Positions 61,101 to 64,000 of a stretch of 64,000 bases of DNA are shown here, piece after piece. Location of the stretch: positions 3,616,587 through 3,680,586 of the forward strand of contig CAJINV010000010.1 of NCBI GenBank assembly GCA_905178155.1, given 5' to 3'. Made by a program: the position numbers and the translations under genes. The notes under the pieces were generated by a model, which ran no database searches, was not told the DNA's origin, and saw only the letters and a program-made list of their open reading frames with translations. The stretch is from Amoebophrya sp. A120. Its lineage: Eukaryota; Protista; Dinoflagellata. Position 1 is the stretch's first letter. The number at the start of each line of letters is the position of its first letter.

Positions 61101-62996
61101 TTCGAAAATTTGTCATGCGAAGCAGCGTGATCGTTTGGCAGCTCATGGTCATTCTGCATGGCAAATCATGTAAGAACAGTTGAGAACGTAAAAACATTTG
61201 AGAACGCCATAGCGGCAGCGTACCAGCCGAAGCAAGCGAGCTCTTTGATTTATCAGGAAGAAACGGGGTACTACGTCCCGAAGCCGGAGAAGCCGCCCAA
61301 ATACCCAGCTGAATACGGGAAAAAGCGGAAAACGGATTTTGTACCCGACATTGCGGTAGCGATTCACTTTCTCAACGGGAAAAAGAAAATCACCTGCGAA
61401 TGCGCACGGCCGACGGAGGAGACAATAAGGTTTTTATCCTGAGTAAAAACGTCCCCACACCAGAGTCAAGATGGGAGATCGGCTAGACAAATCAACCAGC
61501 TGTGTTTGTTTCGCATGACAAGTTTCGTCCCCTCGTAGCGTTGTCCTGTTTAGGTAGTTCAGCAGCATCACAGATCTAGACTATCATCTTGATTCTAGCA
61601 TCACAAATTCCACGACGCGACTAGAAAACGCTTTTCATGGGGCTCCGCATGAGTAACATTTTGAGCTTGCGGATTGGCATGACAACTCTGGGGTGGGGAC
61701 GTTTCTGCTCAGGATAGTTTTTGGTGGATGTCGACACAGTCACCGGCCTGGGGGAAAAAAAATTGTTGCTCGCGAAGGCCGTCTCGCCGGACAGGATCGT
61801 CTCTCCCGCGTGCTGCAGCTTCAAGGGAAAACCCGCGCCAGAGGTCTGTGGACAATTTTGTAATGCTGTTCTTGGACGACGAACATCAAGTCGATCATTA
61901 GTACGATTTGTATTCGCTATTCAATGAGATCATGATAAACAACAAAATCAAAAACGTCAATCAGGACCTCCTCTGGCCATTGCTGCACTCCCAGGATTTC
62001 TGCTCTCGCTACCAGCCGCAGCAATACAAGCAACTTTCCGGCATCACAGATTCCGAACTCTACACAAGATCCTGGTGGACGACAGAGTTTTGCCTCGGTA
62101 TGTATTGCAAATATGTGTCTGGAAGGTTGCAACTTGTAATGCTGTCTTTGGATTCTAAAAACATCTGTGATGCTGATGTTGCATGAACAGCAAGAGAAGT
62201 TGATTTTGTGCTACGCGGAGACGGCATTTGTCATGCAGTATAGGCATCGGGATTCAGGAAGCCGAAGCCCTGAAAAAGTCTGTGATGCTAGAGCATGCAT
62301 CCACAGACATCATGGGTCATGCAAAATGTGCATGACAAGTCTGGCACTCATTTTCCAGACCCTTACATATTTGCAATGCATACTCGGGGCAATCACCCAG
62401 TTCCACGTGACAAAGTCCGGGCAGGCGCACGGGTCCAGGATAGGCTTGGGTTACTTGAAGCCGGCGGATTTGATATGCAATGCAAAAGTATCGTACTGCA
62501 GTTATGCATCACAAATCCAGATGTTACGCATTACAATTTCCATTTCTGGTGCTGAGGAAATTTGTATTGCAATCACTACTAGCACGATGCTTTGGCAGTT
62601 CACATTTGACGATGACAAACAACGCGCTGTTGCATATCAGAAGGAAAAATCCCCCCTCCCCATATCGAAACGGAGATCTGTGATGCAGATTTGTGGTCAC
62701 AAATCAGCTTTGCCGTGCTAGAAGGGAAAAGATGCGGACTGTAGTGCCGATTGGCGTGGGAAAGCCTTGCATCTTCAGCATGACAGGAGGCAGCTGGAAG
62801 GGGGAAACAGCATGACAAATCGCCTGCAAAGAAGGCCACAACTGCGGCTCTTGGCCTTCTAGCATGACAAGTCGATTTGTGTACTGAAATACAGCATCAC
62901 AAATTGCGTTTTCGATATGGGGAGGGGGGATTTTTCCTGTAGATATTGCAAACTGTGGAGGGCGGGACGTGCTCGAGTCAATTTCAAGTTTTCACG
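58132..62996 (+). CDS. OS-9/ERLEC1(XTP3-B)-like ER lectin with MRH (PRKCSH) domain(s); 3' end unresolved
   Basis: After removing 10 introners and GT-AG intron 61844-61964 the frame reads FC...RSWWTTEFCLGAITQFH...IGLG...LQTVEGGTC, matching the MRH signature WWxYEFC..QFH..LG..GTxC. A weaker first repeat may be present (C...EYDLCFERG). A GTAT donor lies at 62997; the next exon was not identified. Confidence 0.65.
58464..58785. mobile_element. Introner family A
   Basis: Family A TIR; TSD cggtc. Confidence 0.92.
58846..59112. mobile_element. Introner family B
   Basis: Family B TIR; TSD acaaa/acaag. Confidence 0.9.
59300..59585. mobile_element. Introner family D
   Basis: Family D TIR; TSD gagaa/gaaaa; sibling of 28075-28353. 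Confidence 0.9.
59692..59997. mobile_element. Introner family H
   Basis: Family H TIR; TSD gcaag. Confidence 0.92.
60086..60252. mobile_element. Introner family C
   Basis: Family C TIR; TSD agatc/aaatc. Confidence 0.88.
60884..61211. mobile_element. Introner family J (single copy here, starts TAA)
   Basis: TIR TAAGGAGTTCTCAAATGTT...TTCTCAACTGTT / AACAGTTGAGAA...AACATTTGAGAACGCCATA; TSD acggc/gcggc. Confidence 0.85.
61435..61716. mobile_element. Introner family D
   Basis: Family D TIR; TSD gtttt; opposite orientation to 5734-6018 and 39987-40284. Confidence 0.92.
62099..62382. mobile_element. Introner family B
   Basis: B-type TIR; TSD ctcgg; excision restores WWTTEFCLGAITQFH. Confidence 0.92.
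62474..62604. mobile_element. Introner family C (right end ACA)
   Basis: Family C TIR; TSD tttga. Confidence 0.87.
62635..62945. mobile_element. Introner family A
   Basis: Family A TIR; TSD ttgca. Confidence 0.92.
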
Positions 62997-63112
62997 GTAT
63001 AGAACACCAGATTGTTCGGAACGGTTTTTGTATCGCGTAAAAATGATCCCGCTTCCTGAAGTGCATGTTGTGAATGCGCGTGCTGGATGACAAAATTGAT
63101 TGGAAATGAAAA

Positions 63113-63959
63113 CAGCTTTCCGCCAAGTGGCTGGAGCAGCAAGTCCCAGTGGGTGGACACGCCTCGCGTGTCACTTCATCTTTTCCACAGGAAACATGAT
63201 GGCTGAGCTTTGGAAATGCCGCAACACCAGGACCAGAAGCAGGCCACAGCGCCTTCGTTCTGTGCGTTGTCGTTCAGATGGCCGGACGCTGTGTCGTGGG
63301 CCCGCTCTTCGAACAGTGGCCGGGCCGCCTCCTTGACCGGGGCTCGACGAGGCCCTTCGCCCGGAAGAGGAGGCCCGGCAAGGGGGGTGGTCGGGGGGGT
63401 GCATTTTTGCCCCCTTCGGAAACCCCTTTCGGGTACCCCTTCCGGGTACTCCTTCGGTAGCCTATGCCGACCCCCTAATCTCCATTGGAAACTGCCGATT
63501 TTGCGTGCCCCAAAATGGTAGCCCAGAGGCAGCCCAAGCGGACCCCCCTACCCCCCCCCTTCGGCACCCCCCCCGGAAACACTTGACTGCTGGTGCGTCC
63601 GCCTCCTCAATATCCGGCGGGCCGGAGAGGGGAGATGAGAAGATATCTGGGCGCGTCCGGAATTGAATGTGGGAGAGGGGGCGCGGCTTCCCGCAGCAGA
63701 GGGCCGCAGGCCGGTGCAAGTCCAACAAAGTGCTGTGGTTTTATTGGAAAAAAGGGATGGCCGGATGGCGGACCGTAGCACCGAAGTGTGGCGCCAACAT
63801 CTACATGGCCAACGGGAAAAAAAGCCGTAGCGACACCCCCAAAAGCCAGAATATTTTTGCCCCCCCAAAATGCGCGCTTGCAAAAATGATGATATTTGCC
63901 GACTTTTCCGCCCTAACAACAAATCAGCTTTCCGCTAAGTGGCTGGAGCAGCAAGTCCC
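63113..63959. repeat. 35-bp direct repeat pair (63113-63147, 63925-63959) bracketing a GC-rich non-coding block
   Basis: CAGCTTTCCGC(C/T)AAGTGGCTGGAGCAGCAAGTCCC occurs twice with 1 mismatch. Confidence 0.8.
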
Positions 63960-64000
63960 GGTCAATGATGACGACTCCGCAGACGAGCATCTTCGCGGTT

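Noticed and set aside
11770-62721. Recurrent short ORF peptides such as CKNVWVWK, MSGSG, PDPDIF, FQTQT, KNPPSPY and YGEGGFF as a repeated protein domain
   Set aside because: They are translations of the introner TIRs in different frames.
9055-62945. Element lengths quantised to nucleosome units
   Set aside because: Family sizes (about 130-195, 210-225, 250-300, 300-328 bp) form a near-continuum, so no periodicity can be supported by eye.
8317-62950. Rule that the TSD must contain a G (or a central G) to supply a splice site
   Set aside because: Early examples fit (tcgca, acgga, gggaa), but acact, ccatt, caaac, tccca, atctc and aatta contain no G.

Overview
Eukaryotic, alveolate-type DNA; the architecture best matches a syndinian dinoflagellate such as Amoebophrya (inferred from structure, not from a database search). 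The window opens with a homogeneous 123-bp palindrome-rich satellite (about 39 copies, 1-4836). About ten genes follow, all on the + strand: a 5'-truncated unknown gene, a Cys-rich secreted protein, an unknown protein, a probable divergent KNL1/Spc105 kinetochore scaffold, KIF-binding protein (KIFBP), RAD23, a very large PAN/Apple-domain membrane protein, a short secreted ORF, a large single-pass membrane protein and an OS-9/ERLEC1-like MRH lectin. The dominant feature is 64 short (131-328 bp) non-coding, MITE-like introner elements in about ten families (A-J, my labels). Almost all start TAT and end ATA, and they carry terminal inverted repeats (TIRs) and a 5-bp target-site duplication (TSD). 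All lie inside coding exons, they occur in both orientations, and almost none can be drawn as GT-AG. Removing each element plus one TSD copy restores the reading frame, including conserved RAD23 and KIFBP motifs. A motif GCAT(G/C/T)ACAA fills these elements in both orientations and also occurs in most of the GT-AG introns, which suggests a shared intron-definition signal. No transposase, RNA gene or CRISPR array was seen. All coordinates and counts were done by eye.
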